Positions 47,139 to 56,926 of a stretch of DNA of 64,000 nucleotides are shown here, piece after piece. Position 1 is the stretch's first letter. Every line of letters starts with the position of its first letter. A program made the translations under genes and the position numbers. The notes beneath the pieces are model-generated. The model ran no database searches. It had not been told where the DNA came from and saw nothing but the letters and a program-made list of their open reading frames with translations. This stretch comes from an uncultured Candidatus Rokubacteria bacterium (lineage in GTDB: Bacteria; Methylomirabilota; Methylomirabilia; Rokubacteriales; CSP1-6), in assembly GCA_963771355.1 (NCBI GenBank), contig CAVYTA010000007.1, positions 512,001 to 576,000 on the forward strand, given 5' to 3'.

Positions 47139-47247
47139 AGAACCCCACTCGAACCCTTCGGTCCCGACGATGGTTTGTCTGAGGGGGCCACGCAGAGTCG
47201 CGAGCCCGACACGAGCACAATCCCACATTCGGTAAGGAGGAACGCTT

Positions 47248-48794
47248 ATGAAAGTTACCCGCAGAGAGATTCTCAAGGGCGCGGCCATCGCCGGCGCCGC
47301 CGCAGCCCTGCCGGGCGGACTCACCGGTCCCGCCGCCGCCCAGACCACCCAGAAGCGCGAGCTGGTGGTGGCCCAGGGAGGCGACATCGCCTTCCTCGAC
47401 CCCCACATGAGCACGTCGTCCAACGACATCCGGATCTCGTTCAACATCTTCGACAATCTCACGAGCCGCCGGCCCGACGGCAAGCTCAGCCCGGGCCTCG
47501 CCACCGAGTGGAAGCTCCAGGGTCAGCAGGCCTGGGTGTTCAAGCTTCGCCAGGGCGTGAAGTGGCATAACGGCGACCCGTTCAGCTCGGCCGACGTCAA
47601 GTTCAGCATCGAGCGGACGTACGATCCCGCGGCGAAGATGCGGGTGAATACGATCCTCACCACCATCGAGCGGATCGAGGCGCCCGGATGCAACGACGCG
47701 TCGTCATCCACACCAAGAAGCCGGATCCGCTCCTGCCCGCGCGGCTGGGCTTCTACGCGGGCCAGATCGTGCCGAAGAAGTATCTCGAATCGGTGGGCCC
47801 CGAGACGTTCAACCAGAAGCCGGTGGGCACGGGTCCCGTGCGCTTCGTGTCGTGGACCAAGGACGACCGGATCGTGCTCGACGCCAATGCCGACTACTGG
47901 GGCGGCAAGCCGGACTTCGACCGTCTCGTCGTCCGGGCCTTGCCGGAGATGGCGCCCCGCGTGGGCGCGCTCCTGAAGGGTGAGGTCGATATCGCCACCC
48001 AGCTCCCGCCCGACCAGGGCGAGCGGGTCAAGGGGAATGCGAGCACGGTGGTGGCAGGCGCCCTCTACGGCGGCCTCTACGTCCTTGCCGTGAACAGCAA
48101 GGTCAAGCCGCTCGACAACCCGCTGGTCAAGCAGGCGCTGTCCCTGGCCATCGACCGCGAGTTGATCATCAAGGAGCTGTGGAGGGGCCGCGGCGTCGTC
48201 CCGAGCGGGCCCATCGCCAAGGGCGACAACCACTTCGACGCCTCGCAGCCGGCGCTCGCCTACGACCCCAAGGAGGCGAAGGAGCGGCTGAAGAAGGCCG
48301 GGTACAAGGGCGAGGAGATCATCATCACGACCACCTCCGGCTACATGGCCGGCGACAAGCCCATGGCCGAGGCGGTGCAGGCCATGTGGAAGGACGTCGG
48401 GATCAACGGCAAGGTCGAGGTCGTCGAGTACTCGGTGCGGGCTCAGATGAACAAGGACAAGACGTTCAAGGGGCTCTGGTGGTCCGATCCCACCTCCACC
48501 CTCCGCGATCCCGACGGCATGATGTGGCGGCTGCTCGGTCCCGGCGGGCCGCAGGACTACTGGCGCCACGCGGAGTGGGACGAGCTCGGCAATACGGCCC
48601 GCTTCTCGGTGGACGAGAAGTTCCGCGGGGAGGCCTACAAGAAGATGACCAAGATCTTCCTCGAGCACTTCCCCTGGCTCCCGATACTCCAGCCTTACGA
48701 GGACTACGGGCTCCAGAAGCACGTGGAGTGGACGCCCGACCCGCTGCAGCAGCTCGAGATCCGGCGCTTCAACTTCAAGTTCCGCCGGGCCTGA
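47248..48794 (+). pseudogene. Family 5 ABC substrate-binding protein, frameshifted as assembled (probably sequencing error)
   Basis: The N-terminal half (TRRE Tat signal, LRQGVKWHNGDPFSSADV) and C-terminal half (PVGTGP, VKQALS) are in different frames. Removing single bases near 47686 and 47699 restores EAPDATTVVIHTKKP. Confidence 0.85.
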
Positions 48795-48795
48795 T

Positions 48796-48850
48796 CCCCG
48801 CCTCTCACTTCTCCTCTCCCCGGTCTCGGGGGGAGGGGAGGGTGAGGGGG
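48796..48850. repeat. Pyrimidine-rich/purine-rich imperfect palindrome between SBP and permease genes
   Basis: CCTCTCACTTCTCCTCTCCCC-ggtctc-GGGGGGAGGGGAGGGTGAGGGGG. Confidence 0.6.
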
Positions 48851-48856
48851 TTGCGC

Positions 48857-49785
48857 ATGCGGAGCTTCCTTCTCTTCCTGGCCACCCGCGCCGGCCGTGC
48901 TCTCGTCGCGCTCTGGCTGGTCTCGACGGTCGTCTTCGTGGTCATGCGGCTGTCGGGCGATCCCACCCCGCTCCTCCTGCCGCCCGACGCGCCGCAGAGC
49001 GAGATATTCCGGCTGCGCACGGAGCTGGGCCTGGACCGGTCGCTGCCCGTGCAGTACGCGGTGTTCCTCGGGAATCTCGTCCGGGGTGACTTCGGCCAGT
49101 CCATCCGGTTCAAGACGCCGGCGATCGCCGTGGTGACCGAGCGTCTGCCCGCCACCGCTCGAGCTCGGCTTGACGTCCTTCGGGCTCGCCATCCTCATCG
49201 CCATTCCGATCGGGCTTCTCTCCGCCGTGTATCGCAACACCCTGCTCGATCACGCGGCGATGGGCCTTGCCCTGGTGGGGCAGTCCGCGCCGACCTTCTT
49301 CCTCGGCATCCTGTTCATCCTGCTGATCTCCGTGAACGCGGGCCTCGTTGCCCACGTCCGGACGGGGCGACTGGCGACACCTCGTGTTGCCGGCGGTGAC
49401 CCTGGGTCTCTTCGGGATGGCCTCCGTCGCCCGGATCACGCGCTCGTCGATGCTCGAGGTCCTGCGCGCCGACTACATCCGGACCGCGCGGGCCAAAGGA
49501 CTGGCCGAGACTCTCGTCATCGCCAAGCACACGCTCAAGAACGCGGCCATCCCCATCGTCACCATCACCGGGCTCCAGTTCGGCAGTCTCCTCGCCGGCG
49601 CCGTGGTGACGGAGACGGTGTTCGCGTGGCCGGGCATCGGCCGGCTCGCCATCCAGTCCATCTACAATCGCGACTACCCCGTGGTGCAGTGCGTGGTGCT
49701 GCTCTCCGCCGCGCTCTTCGTGGTGGTCAACCTCGCCATCGACGCGCTCTATGGCCTCCTCGATCCCCGCATTCGCGTCCGCTGA
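48857..49785 (+). pseudogene. DppB/OppB-family permease, two frameshifts as assembled (probably sequencing error)
   Basis: LGLDR, ERLPATLEL (break near 49157), GLLPTSG (break near 49347), DYIRTARAKG, ETVFAWPGIG and DPRIR are spread over three frames. Confidence 0.85.
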
Positions 49786-50660
49786 GGCGGCCGTCGGCAC
49801 GCGCGACCGCGGCGGCCGGCCGGCGGGCGCGGCGCGCGCGCCGGCTCACCGCCGCCGGGATCGCCTTCGTGCTGGTCCTCGGCGTGGTGGCGGTGGCGGC
49901 GCCATGGCTGGCGCCCCAGGACCCCACCCGCCAGTCGCTGCGCGCGCGGCTGGTCCGGCCCACCCTGGAGGCGGCGGACGGGCGCGCGCACGTGCTGGGG
50001 ACCGACCACCTGGGTCGCGACGTGCTCTCGCGGATGATCTTCGGCTCCCGCGTGTCGCTCCTGGTGGGCTTCGCCGCCGTGCTCGTGGGCGGCCTCGTCG
50101 GCTCGGTGCTCGGGCTCCTCGCCGGCTTCCGCGGCGGCTGGACGGACACCGTGATCATGACCGTCGCCGACGCCCAGCTCGCCTTCCCCTTCATCCTCCT
50201 CGCCATCGGCATCATCGCGGTGCTGGGCCCCAGCTTCGGCACGCTCATCGTGGTGATCGGGCTCTCGGGCTGGGTGTCCTACGCGCGCATCCTCCGCTCG
50301 CAGGTGCTGGGCCTGCGCTCGCGCGAGTTCGTCGAGGCCGTCCACGCGCTCGGCGGCTCCGTCCTCCGCATCATGTGGAAGCACGTGCTCCCCAACGTGC
50401 TCTCGTCGCTGGTCGTCATCGCCACCCTCGAGCTGGCCCGCGCCATCGTGCTCGAGGCCACGCTGTCCTTCCTGGGCCTGGGCATCCAGCCGCCCACGCC
50501 GTCCTGGGGCGGCATGGTGCAGGAAGGGCGCGAGTATCTCGACTCCGCCTGGTGGATCTCGACGTTCCCGGGCCTCCTCCTCATGGCGACGTCCATCGTG
50601 GTGAGCCGCACCGGCGACTGGCTGCGCGATCTCCTCGATCCCACCCTCCGGGGCGAGTGA
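49751..50660 (+). CDS. DppC/OppC-family permease (5' end apparently frameshifted near 49795)
   Basis: HVLGTDHLGRD, REFVEA..ALG, HVLPN, PSWGGM and GDWLRDLLDP. The nearest plausible start is ATG 49751, which is one base out of frame. Confidence 0.85.
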
Positions 50661-50672
50661 GCGCCCCCAGCC

Positions 50673-51320
50673 ATGGCGTGGTCGCTGCGGCTGGTCGAGC
50701 ATCGCCTGGAAGTCGGCGCGCTGCGCTCCTTCCCGGACGGGCCGCGCGTGATCTTCGTGCGCGCGGGGACCATCCGGCTCGTCACGCCCGGGAGCGGCGC
50801 CGGGGGACCGCCGGTCGGGCAGGAGGCGGCGATGTTCGCCGCCGGGGCCTGCGGCGTGCAGTCCTGTCGCGCCGCGCTCAGCTTCCTCGTCTTCGAGCTG
50901 GTCCGCCAGCCGCCGCCGCCGGCGGGCGGCCGCACGCTGCTCGAGCATCCCATCGCGCTCGACCCCAAGGCCGCCTGGCTCATGCGCTGCGACCGCGTGG
51001 ACTTCGAGCCGGGCGGCGTGGCCCCGCGCCACCGGCACCGCGGCGGCGGCATTCGCTGCCTGCTGCGCGGGTCGCTCACGGTGACGGTGGGGGATGCCCC
51101 CGGGCAGCTCATGCGGCCGGGCGACTGCTGGTTCGAGAGCGGGCGTGAGCCGGTGCTGGCCCAGGCCTCCACCGCGGAAGAGACGTCCTTCGTCCGGTGC
51201 GCCCTCCTGCCTGCGGAGATCCGCGGCCAGACCTCCATTCGCTACGTGGACCCGGCGGACGCCACGCGCGGCCGGCCGCGGACGTATACTGTCTTCGTCG
51301 ACGAGCCCATCACGCCATGA
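50673..51320 (+). CDS. Cupin-fold protein (bicupin-like)
   Basis: The second half has RVDFEPGGVAPRHRH.G.GIRCLL.G and PGDCWFE. The first half looks like a degenerate cupin. Confidence 0.7.
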   Translation: MAWSLRLVEHRLEVGALRSFPDGPRVIFVRAGTIRLVTPGSGAGGPPVGQEAAMFAAGACGVQSCRAALSFLVFELVRQPPPPAGGRTLLEHPIALDPKAAWLMRCDRVDFEPGGVAPRHRHRGGGIRCLLRGSLTVTVGDAPGQLMRPGDCWFESGREPVLAQASTAEETSFVRCALLPAEIRGQTSIRYVDPADATRGRPRTYTVFVDEPITP

Positions 51321-52240
51321 ACAAGCTCGAGCGTGTGCGCGCGGCCCTGGCCGGGGCCCCCCTGGACCATCCGCCCTTCACCGTCTGGTACCACTTCGGC
51401 CTCCAGCATGCCTCCGCCGAGCGCATGGCCCAGGCCCACCTCGACTTCTTCGAGGCCTACGATCTGGACTGGCTCAAGCTGATGAACGACTACTCCTACC
51501 CGATGCCCAAGGGCGTGGAGACGCTCGATCACGCGGCGGACCTCGAGCGCCTGGGCCCGCTCGAGCTGGAGGAGACGCCGCTCGGCGCCCAGCTCAAGGT
51601 GATCGAGATCACCGCGCGGGCCCTGGCCGGCCGCGCGCTCGTGGTGGACACGCTCTTCAACGCCTGGAACACCCTGCGGCGCAACGTGGTGAAGGGCGCC
51701 ATCGACGACATGATGCGCGAGCATCCGGCCGCGCTCGGCCGCGCGCTGGGCGCCGTCAACGACAACCTCATCCGCTACGCACAGGCCGCGCTCCAGCGCG
51801 GGGCCGCCGGGATCTTCCTCTCCGTGCCCGCCTCCACGGAGTTCGTGAGCCGCGACCAGTACGAGCGCTTCATGCGGCCGTACGACCTGGCGCTGCTGGA
51901 GGCCATCCGGGGCCGGGGCACCCTCCACGTGCTGCACGCTCACGGCAACCACATCTTCTTCGACCAGATGATCGACTATCCCGTCCAGGCGCTGTCCTGG
52001 GCCGATCGCGACTCCGGCCCCACCCTGGGCGAGGCCCGCCGGCGCACGGACCTGGCCCTGATGGGGGGCATCAGCCAGGGGCGCTTCGCCTACGAGTCCG
52101 CCGCGCATATCCGCGGCCAGATCCGGGGCGCCCTCGCGGACGCGGGGCGCGAGAAGCTCTTCCTCGCCCCCGGCTGCGCGCTGCCCTCCTACACCTTCCC
52201 CGAGCTGATTCACGCCGCGCGCGACGCCGCCACGCGGTGA
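51317..52240 (+). CDS. Second URO-D/MtaA-like family protein
   Basis: MNKLERV...DHPP, WYHF, GAAGIF, LHAHG, LMGG and FLAPGC. No MRQAGR motif. ATGA overlap. Confidence 0.85.
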   Translation: MNKLERVRAALAGAPLDHPPFTVWYHFGLQHASAERMAQAHLDFFEAYDLDWLKLMNDYSYPMPKGVETLDHAADLERLGPLELEETPLGAQLKVIEITARALAGRALVVDTLFNAWNTLRRNVVKGAIDDMMREHPAALGRALGAVNDNLIRYAQAALQRGAAGIFLSVPASTEFVSRDQYERFMRPYDLALLEAIRGRGTLHVLHAHGNHIFFDQMIDYPVQALSWADRDSGPTLGEARRRTDLALMGGISQGRFAYESAAHIRGQIRGALADAGREKLFLAPGCALPSYTFPELIHAARDAATR

Positions 52241-52752
52241 ACGTCTACCTCTCGGGCCTGATCGGCTCCGGGAAGACCACGCTCGGGCAGCGGCTGGCCG
52301 ACCGGCTCCATCGCCCGTTCCTCGATCTCGACCGCGAGCTGGACGCCGAGCTCGGCCGGAGCTTCCATGCGCTCGTGCGCGAGCAGGGGTGGCTGGCCTT
52401 CCGGGAGCGCGAGTACGAGATCGTCAAGCGCTTCGCCGCGGCGCGGAACACCGTCTGCGCCCTGGGCGGGGGCACCGTGCGCTACGCATGGAACCGCGAC
52501 GCGCTCCGCGGCACCGGAGTGACCGTCCTCCTCGAGGCGGAGCTGGCCACCCTCGCCGCTCGTGTCCGCGCCGCCGATCGGCCGCGCGTGAATCCCGGCA
52601 TCTCGCTGGAGGAGGACCTGGCCGCCATCTGGGCCGCCGCCGCGCCGCTCTATCGCGCCGCGGACCTCACCTATCGCACCGACGCCGGCCGCGGCGTGGA
52701 CGAGGAGGTCGAGGATCTGATTGCGCTGCTGCGCGGCCGCGGCCTCGATTGA
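52237..52752 (+). CDS. aroK: Shikimate kinase
   Basis: GLIGSGKTT Walker A, FLDLD, G..AFRERE, ALGGG and RP; GTGA overlap. Confidence 0.8.
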   Translation: MNVYLSGLIGSGKTTLGQRLADRLHRPFLDLDRELDAELGRSFHALVREQGWLAFREREYEIVKRFAAARNTVCALGGGTVRYAWNRDALRGTGVTVLLEAELATLAARVRAADRPRVNPGISLEEDLAAIWAAAAPLYRAADLTYRTDAGRGVDEEVEDLIALLRGRGLD

Positions 52753-52789
52753 CGGCCCGCGCGCGGCCATGCTATTCGAGGGGCGCCCC

Positions 52790-53998
52790 ATGACGACGAC
52801 TCCCCCCGGCGCGCTTCCGCTCGAAGGCCTGCGCGTCCTCGAGCTGGGCCACATCATCGCGGGGCCGTCGGCGGGCCTCCTGCTGGCCGATCTCGGCGCC
52901 GACGTGGTCAAGGTGGAGCGGCCCGGCGACGGCGATCAGTCGCGCACCATGCCCGCCGGCACCTCGGCCAACTTCCACTTCCTCAACCGCAACAAGCGCA
53001 GCATCACCATCGACCTGAAAGGGTCGGCGGACGGCCGCGCGCTCTTCGTGCGCCTGGTCTCGGCGTCCGACATCGTGATCGACAACTTCGCCCATGGCGC
53101 GGTGGAGGCGCTCGGGCTCGGCTACGACGTCCTCGCGCGCGCCAACCCCCGCCTCATCTACCTCGCGCTCAAGGGGTTTCTCCCCGGGCCGTACGAGGCC
53201 CGGCCCTTCCTCGACGAGCTGGCGCAGATGTCGGCGGGGCTCGCCTTCATGACGGGGCCGCGCGGCACGCCGCTGCGCGCGGGCGCGTCCATCGTGGACG
53301 TGGGCGCGGCGGCCTACGGCGTGATCGCAGTGCTGGCCGCGCTCCAGCAGCGGGCGCGCACCGGCACCGGGCAGAAGATCACCTCCGGCCTCTACGAGAC
53401 GACGGTGTTCTGGGTGGCGCAGTGGCTCGCCCAGTACGCGGCCACCGGCGAGCCGTCGGTGCCGATGCCCGAGATCCGCCAGGGCACGCGGATGGGCTGG
53501 GGTGTATACCAGCTCTTCACCGCCTCGGACGGCGAGCAGGTCTTCATCGGCATCACCTCCAACGGCCACTGGGAGCGCTTCTGCAAGGAGTTCGCCCTGG
53601 ACGATCTCCTGGCCGACGCGCGCCTGAACGACAATGCCAAGCGGGTGGCCGCGCGCGACTGGCTGCCCGCGCGCATCGGCGAGGAGATGGCGCGCCACTC
53701 CAGCGCGGCGCTCGCGGAGCGGCTGGAGCGCGCGCGGGTCCCCTTCGCGCCGCTGCGCCGGCCCGATCAGCTCGTGGACGATCCGCACCTCAACGCGGCG
53801 GGGCAGTTCATCGCCACTCCATTGCCGGGGCGGGGCCTGGCCAAGCTGCCCAAGCTCCCCATCCGCAGCACCGCCTTCGAGTTCGGCCTGCGCCGTCCCG
53901 CGCCGCATCTGGGTGAGCACACCCGCGAGGTGCTCGAGGAATTCGGGCTTTCGAAGGACGAGATTGATACCTTGGTCTCACGGAGGATCATCGGATGA
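52790..53998 (+). CDS. CaiB/BaiF family CoA-transferase (family III)
   Basis: PLEGLRVLE, LADLGADVVKVE, NRNKRSI, GTGQ and PAPHLGEHT. Confidence 0.93.
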   Translation: MTTTPPGALPLEGLRVLELGHIIAGPSAGLLLADLGADVVKVERPGDGDQSRTMPAGTSANFHFLNRNKRSITIDLKGSADGRALFVRLVSASDIVIDNFAHGAVEALGLGYDVLARANPRLIYLALKGFLPGPYEARPFLDELAQMSAGLAFMTGPRGTPLRAGASIVDVGAAAYGVIAVLAALQQRARTGTGQKITSGLYETTVFWVAQWLAQYAATGEPSVPMPEIRQGTRMGWGVYQLFTASDGEQVFIGITSNGHWERFCKEFALDDLLADARLNDNAKRVAARDWLPARIGEEMARHSSAALAERLERARVPFAPLRRPDQLVDDPHLNAAGQFIATPLPGRGLAKLPKLPIRSTAFEFGLRRPAPHLGEHTREVLEEFGLSKDEIDTLVSRRIIG

Positions 53999-54978
53999 GC
54001 GACCTGCCGAAGCGCGTCAAGATCCGGGAAGTGGGCCCGCGCGAGGGCTTCCAGTTCGAGAAGGGCGCCATCACGCTGGAGGCGAAGATTTCCTTGGTCG
54101 ACGCGCTCTCCGCCACCGGCCTGGGGACCATCGAGTTCACCTCGTTCGTGAGCCCCAAGTGGGTGCCCCAGATGGCCGACGCCGAGGCGATGGTGGCCGG
54201 CATCCGCCGTGCGCCCGGCGTGGCCTACGAGGCCATCTGGCTCAACGTGGCCGGCCTCGAGCGGGCCGCGCAGCACCGTGACCGGCTCGCGCTACGCCCG
54301 CTGTTCGGCGTGGCCGCCACCGACACGTTCATGCGCAAGAACACCAACCGCAGCGTGGACGAGCGCCTCGAGGAGATGCCCAGCTGGGCGGAGCGCTACC
54401 GGGCGCTCGGGATGGACTGGCTCGACGTGGGCGTGATGGCGGCGTTCGGCTGCAACTACGAGGGCGACGTGGAGCCCCGCGCGGTGGTGGGCGTGCTCGA
54501 GAAGGTGGAGCGCAAGGCGCAGACCTGCGGCTCCCGCCTGGGCGGCATCGGCCTCGCCGACACCATGGGCTGGGCCAACCCGCTCCAGATCAAGCGTCTG
54601 GTGGGCGCGGTGCGCGAGCGCTGGCCGGCGGCGTCGATCAAGCTCCACCTCCACGACACGCGCGCCCTGGCCATCGCCAATGTGGTGGCCGCCCTGGAGA
54701 TGGGCATCGAGTACTTCGACAGCGCGGTGGCCGGCATGGGCGGCTGCCCCTTTGCCGCCCACAAGGGCGCCGCCGGCAACGTCACCACGGAGGACCTCGT
54801 CTTCCTCTGCCAGGAGATGGGCATCGAGACCGGCGTGGACCTGGACGCCATGATCGCGGCCGGCCAGCTCGCCGAGCGCGTGGTGGGCCACGAGCTGCCC
54901 GGCAAGCTCAAGTCGGGCGGCAACCTCGCCCGGTACCGCGCCCGCGCGAAGGCCGCGACCACCGCCGCCGCAGTCTGA
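53995..54978 (+). CDS. Hydroxymethylglutaryl-CoA lyase family protein
   Basis: EVGPREGFQ, SFVSPKWVPQMAD, ADTMG, HLHDT, GMGGCPFA and GNVTTED. Confidence 0.92.
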   Translation: MSDLPKRVKIREVGPREGFQFEKGAITLEAKISLVDALSATGLGTIEFTSFVSPKWVPQMADAEAMVAGIRRAPGVAYEAIWLNVAGLERAAQHRDRLALRPLFGVAATDTFMRKNTNRSVDERLEEMPSWAERYRALGMDWLDVGVMAAFGCNYEGDVEPRAVVGVLEKVERKAQTCGSRLGGIGLADTMGWANPLQIKRLVGAVRERWPAASIKLHLHDTRALAIANVVAALEMGIEYFDSAVAGMGGCPFAAHKGAAGNVTTEDLVFLCQEMGIETGVDLDAMIAAGQLAERVVGHELPGKLKSGGNLARYRARAKAATTAAAV

Positions 54979-54983
54979 CGTTC

Positions 54984-55787
54984 CTAGAGGCGCGCGGCGA
55001 GGGCCGCCACGCGCTCACGCGCCGCCTCGTCGAAGCGCCGCGCGTTGCCCACGGCGCAGTTGTCGGCCATGTGCGCGGCGCTGCTCGTGGCCGGGATGCT
55101 CACGCTGACGCGCGGGTCGCTGATTCCCCAGTTCAGCAGGGTCTGGGCCCAGGTGCGCAGGCCGTAGTCCGCGAGGAAGCCGAGCTCGCGCGCGGCCGGC
55201 GCGCGGCGGGCGAGGGAGCCCTGACCCAGCGGCCGCATGACGACGACGCCGATATTCCGCGCGGCGGCCAGCGGCAGGAGGGTGCGCTCCACCTCGCGCT
55301 CCTGCGGGTTGAGCGGCACCTGGATGGCGGTCACGCGGCCGGTCTCGAGGATGCTCGCCATCTCGCCGAAAGCGCTGGCGCTATAGTGCGTGATGCCGAC
55401 GGCGCCCACCGTGCCCTTCTCGCGGAGCTCCTCGAGATAGGGCAGGTGCTCGCGCCACGCGACCAGATTGTGGATCTGGTAGAGGTCAACCCGGCCGCCG
55501 TACCACGCCAGCGCCTGGCGGATCTGCTCGCGCCCCTCGCGCGGCGAGCCGGCCCAGACCTTGGTGGCGATCTGCACCAGCGCGCGGCGGGGGCCCAGCG
55601 TCTCCGCCAGCACGCGCTCCGCGCGGCCGTACATCGGGGAGGAATCGAAGAAGGTGGCGTCCCCCGCCAGCGCGGCGTCGGTCACCGGACGGACGGCGAC
55701 CGGGTCACGCACGTCGAAGGTCTGCCAGGTGCCCATGCCGATGACCGGCACGGTGAGGCCGCTACCGCCCAGCGGGCGCCGCTCCAT
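54984..55787 (-). CDS. Aldo/keto reductase
   Basis: IGMGTW, FDSSPMYG.AE, IATKV, DLYQIHN, GITHY and IPATS. Confidence 0.92.
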   Translation of the reverse strand: MERRPLGGSGLTVPVIGMGTWQTFDVRDPVAVRPVTDAALAGDATFFDSSPMYGRAERVLAETLGPRRALVQIATKVWAGSPREGREQIRQALAWYGGRVDLYQIHNLVAWREHLPYLEELREKGTVGAVGITHYSASAFGEMASILETGRVTAIQVPLNPQEREVERTLLPLAAARNIGVVVMRPLGQGSLARRAPAARELGFLADYGLRTWAQTLLNWGISDPRVSVSIPATSSAAHMADNCAVGNARRFDEAARERVAALAARL

Positions 55788-55845
55788 ATGGGCATTTTCT
55801 CATGTCCCTCTCATCGGGATCTCATGTGGGCTGTGGGAAGATGCC

Positions 55846-56241
55846 ATGGTGCGCGACGACGACTCGGAGGAAATTGCGGGTACGCTGGGCGTCTTCGGCT
55901 CGCCCCCTGTGGCGGCCAGCGCGCGCGTCCTGCGGCAGAGCCCGCAGCGCCGGACGCGCCGGGCGCTGGCGGCGCTGGGCGCCTGCTGGGCCGCGGCGGT
56001 TCCGTGCGTTTTCATGCCGCTGGCCCATTTCTTCCTCGTGCCGACCCTCCTGACCACCGGCGTCGTCCTCGCGGTCCTGCGCGCGCGAGAGGACACGCGG
56101 CTCCTCGGGGTGCACGGGCGCTGCCCGCGCTGCGGCGTGGAGCAGGAGTTCCCGGCCGGTGGGCGCTTCCACGGCCAACGATCGCTGGACTGCCCGCATT
56201 GCCACAACCACCTGACCTTCTCGGCGGCGGTGGTACCGTAG
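55846..56241 (+). CDS. Hypothetical membrane protein with C-terminal Zn-ribbon (CPRC...CPHC)
   Basis: Two hydrophobic helices (around PLAHFFLVP) followed by two CxxC pairs; ends 7 nt before the response regulator start. Confidence 0.7.
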   Translation: MVRDDDSEEIAGTLGVFGSPPVAASARVLRQSPQRRTRRALAALGACWAAAVPCVFMPLAHFFLVPTLLTTGVVLAVLRAREDTRLLGVHGRCPRCGVEQEFPAGGRFHGQRSLDCPHCHNHLTFSAAVVP

Positions 56242-56248
56242 CCATGAG

Positions 56249-56926
56249 ATGCGGATCCTCGTCGTGGAGGACGAGCGGAAGGTCGCGAGCTTCATCCGGC
56301 AGGGGCTGGCGGAGGAGGGGTATGCCGTCGAGCTGGCGGCCGATGGCGCCACCGCACTCGATCTGCTGACCGGCGGTCCGCCTTACGACCTCGTGGTCCT
56401 CGACGTGATGCTGCCCCGGCTCGACGGCCTCGGGGTCCTCAAGGCGGCACGGGCCAAGGGCGTGCCGACGCCGGTGCTGCTCCTCACCGCCCGCGATACC
56501 GTGGCCGACAAGGTGGCCGGGCTCGATCAGGGCGCCGACGACTACCTCACCAAGCCGTTTTCGTTCGACGAGCTGCTGGCGCGGGTGCGGGCGCTCCTCC
56601 GCCGCGGCCAGGGGCAGCGTGCGCCGGTGCTCCGCCTGGACGACCTCACCCTGGACCCGGCCACGCGAGAGGTCCGTCGCGGCGCGCGGCGCATCACGCT
56701 GACCGCGCGCGAGTACGCCCTCCTCGAATATTTCCTCCGCAGTATCGGGCGTGTCCTCACGCGCCCGATGCTGGCCGAGCACGTGTGGGGCCTCGACTTC
56801 GACCCCGAGAGCAATATCGTGGACGTCTACGTCGGCTACCTGCGGCGCAAGGTCGACGGCCCCGGCGAGCGGCGGCTGCTCCACACCGTGCGCGGCGCGG
56901 GGTACGTCTTGCGGACGGAGCCATGA
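56249..56926 (+). CDS. OmpR/PhoB-family response regulator (CusR/CzcR-like)
   Basis: MRILVVEDE, LDVMLP, LLTARD, GADDYLTKPF, NIVDVYVGYLRRK and TVRGAGY. Confidence 0.95.
   Translation: MRILVVEDERKVASFIRQGLAEEGYAVELAADGATALDLLTGGPPYDLVVLDVMLPRLDGLGVLKAARAKGVPTPVLLLTARDTVADKVAGLDQGADDYLTKPFSFDELLARVRALLRRGQGQRAPVLRLDDLTLDPATREVRRGARRITLTAREYALLEYFLRSIGRVLTRPMLAEHVWGLDFDPESNIVDVYVGYLRRKVDGPGERRLLHTVRGAGYVLRTEP

Noticed and set aside
56190..56206. CxxCH heme c motif (CPHCH) in the small membrane protein
   Set aside because: It pairs with an upstream CPRC as a typical Zn ribbon and probably lies on the cytoplasmic side after a TM hairpin.
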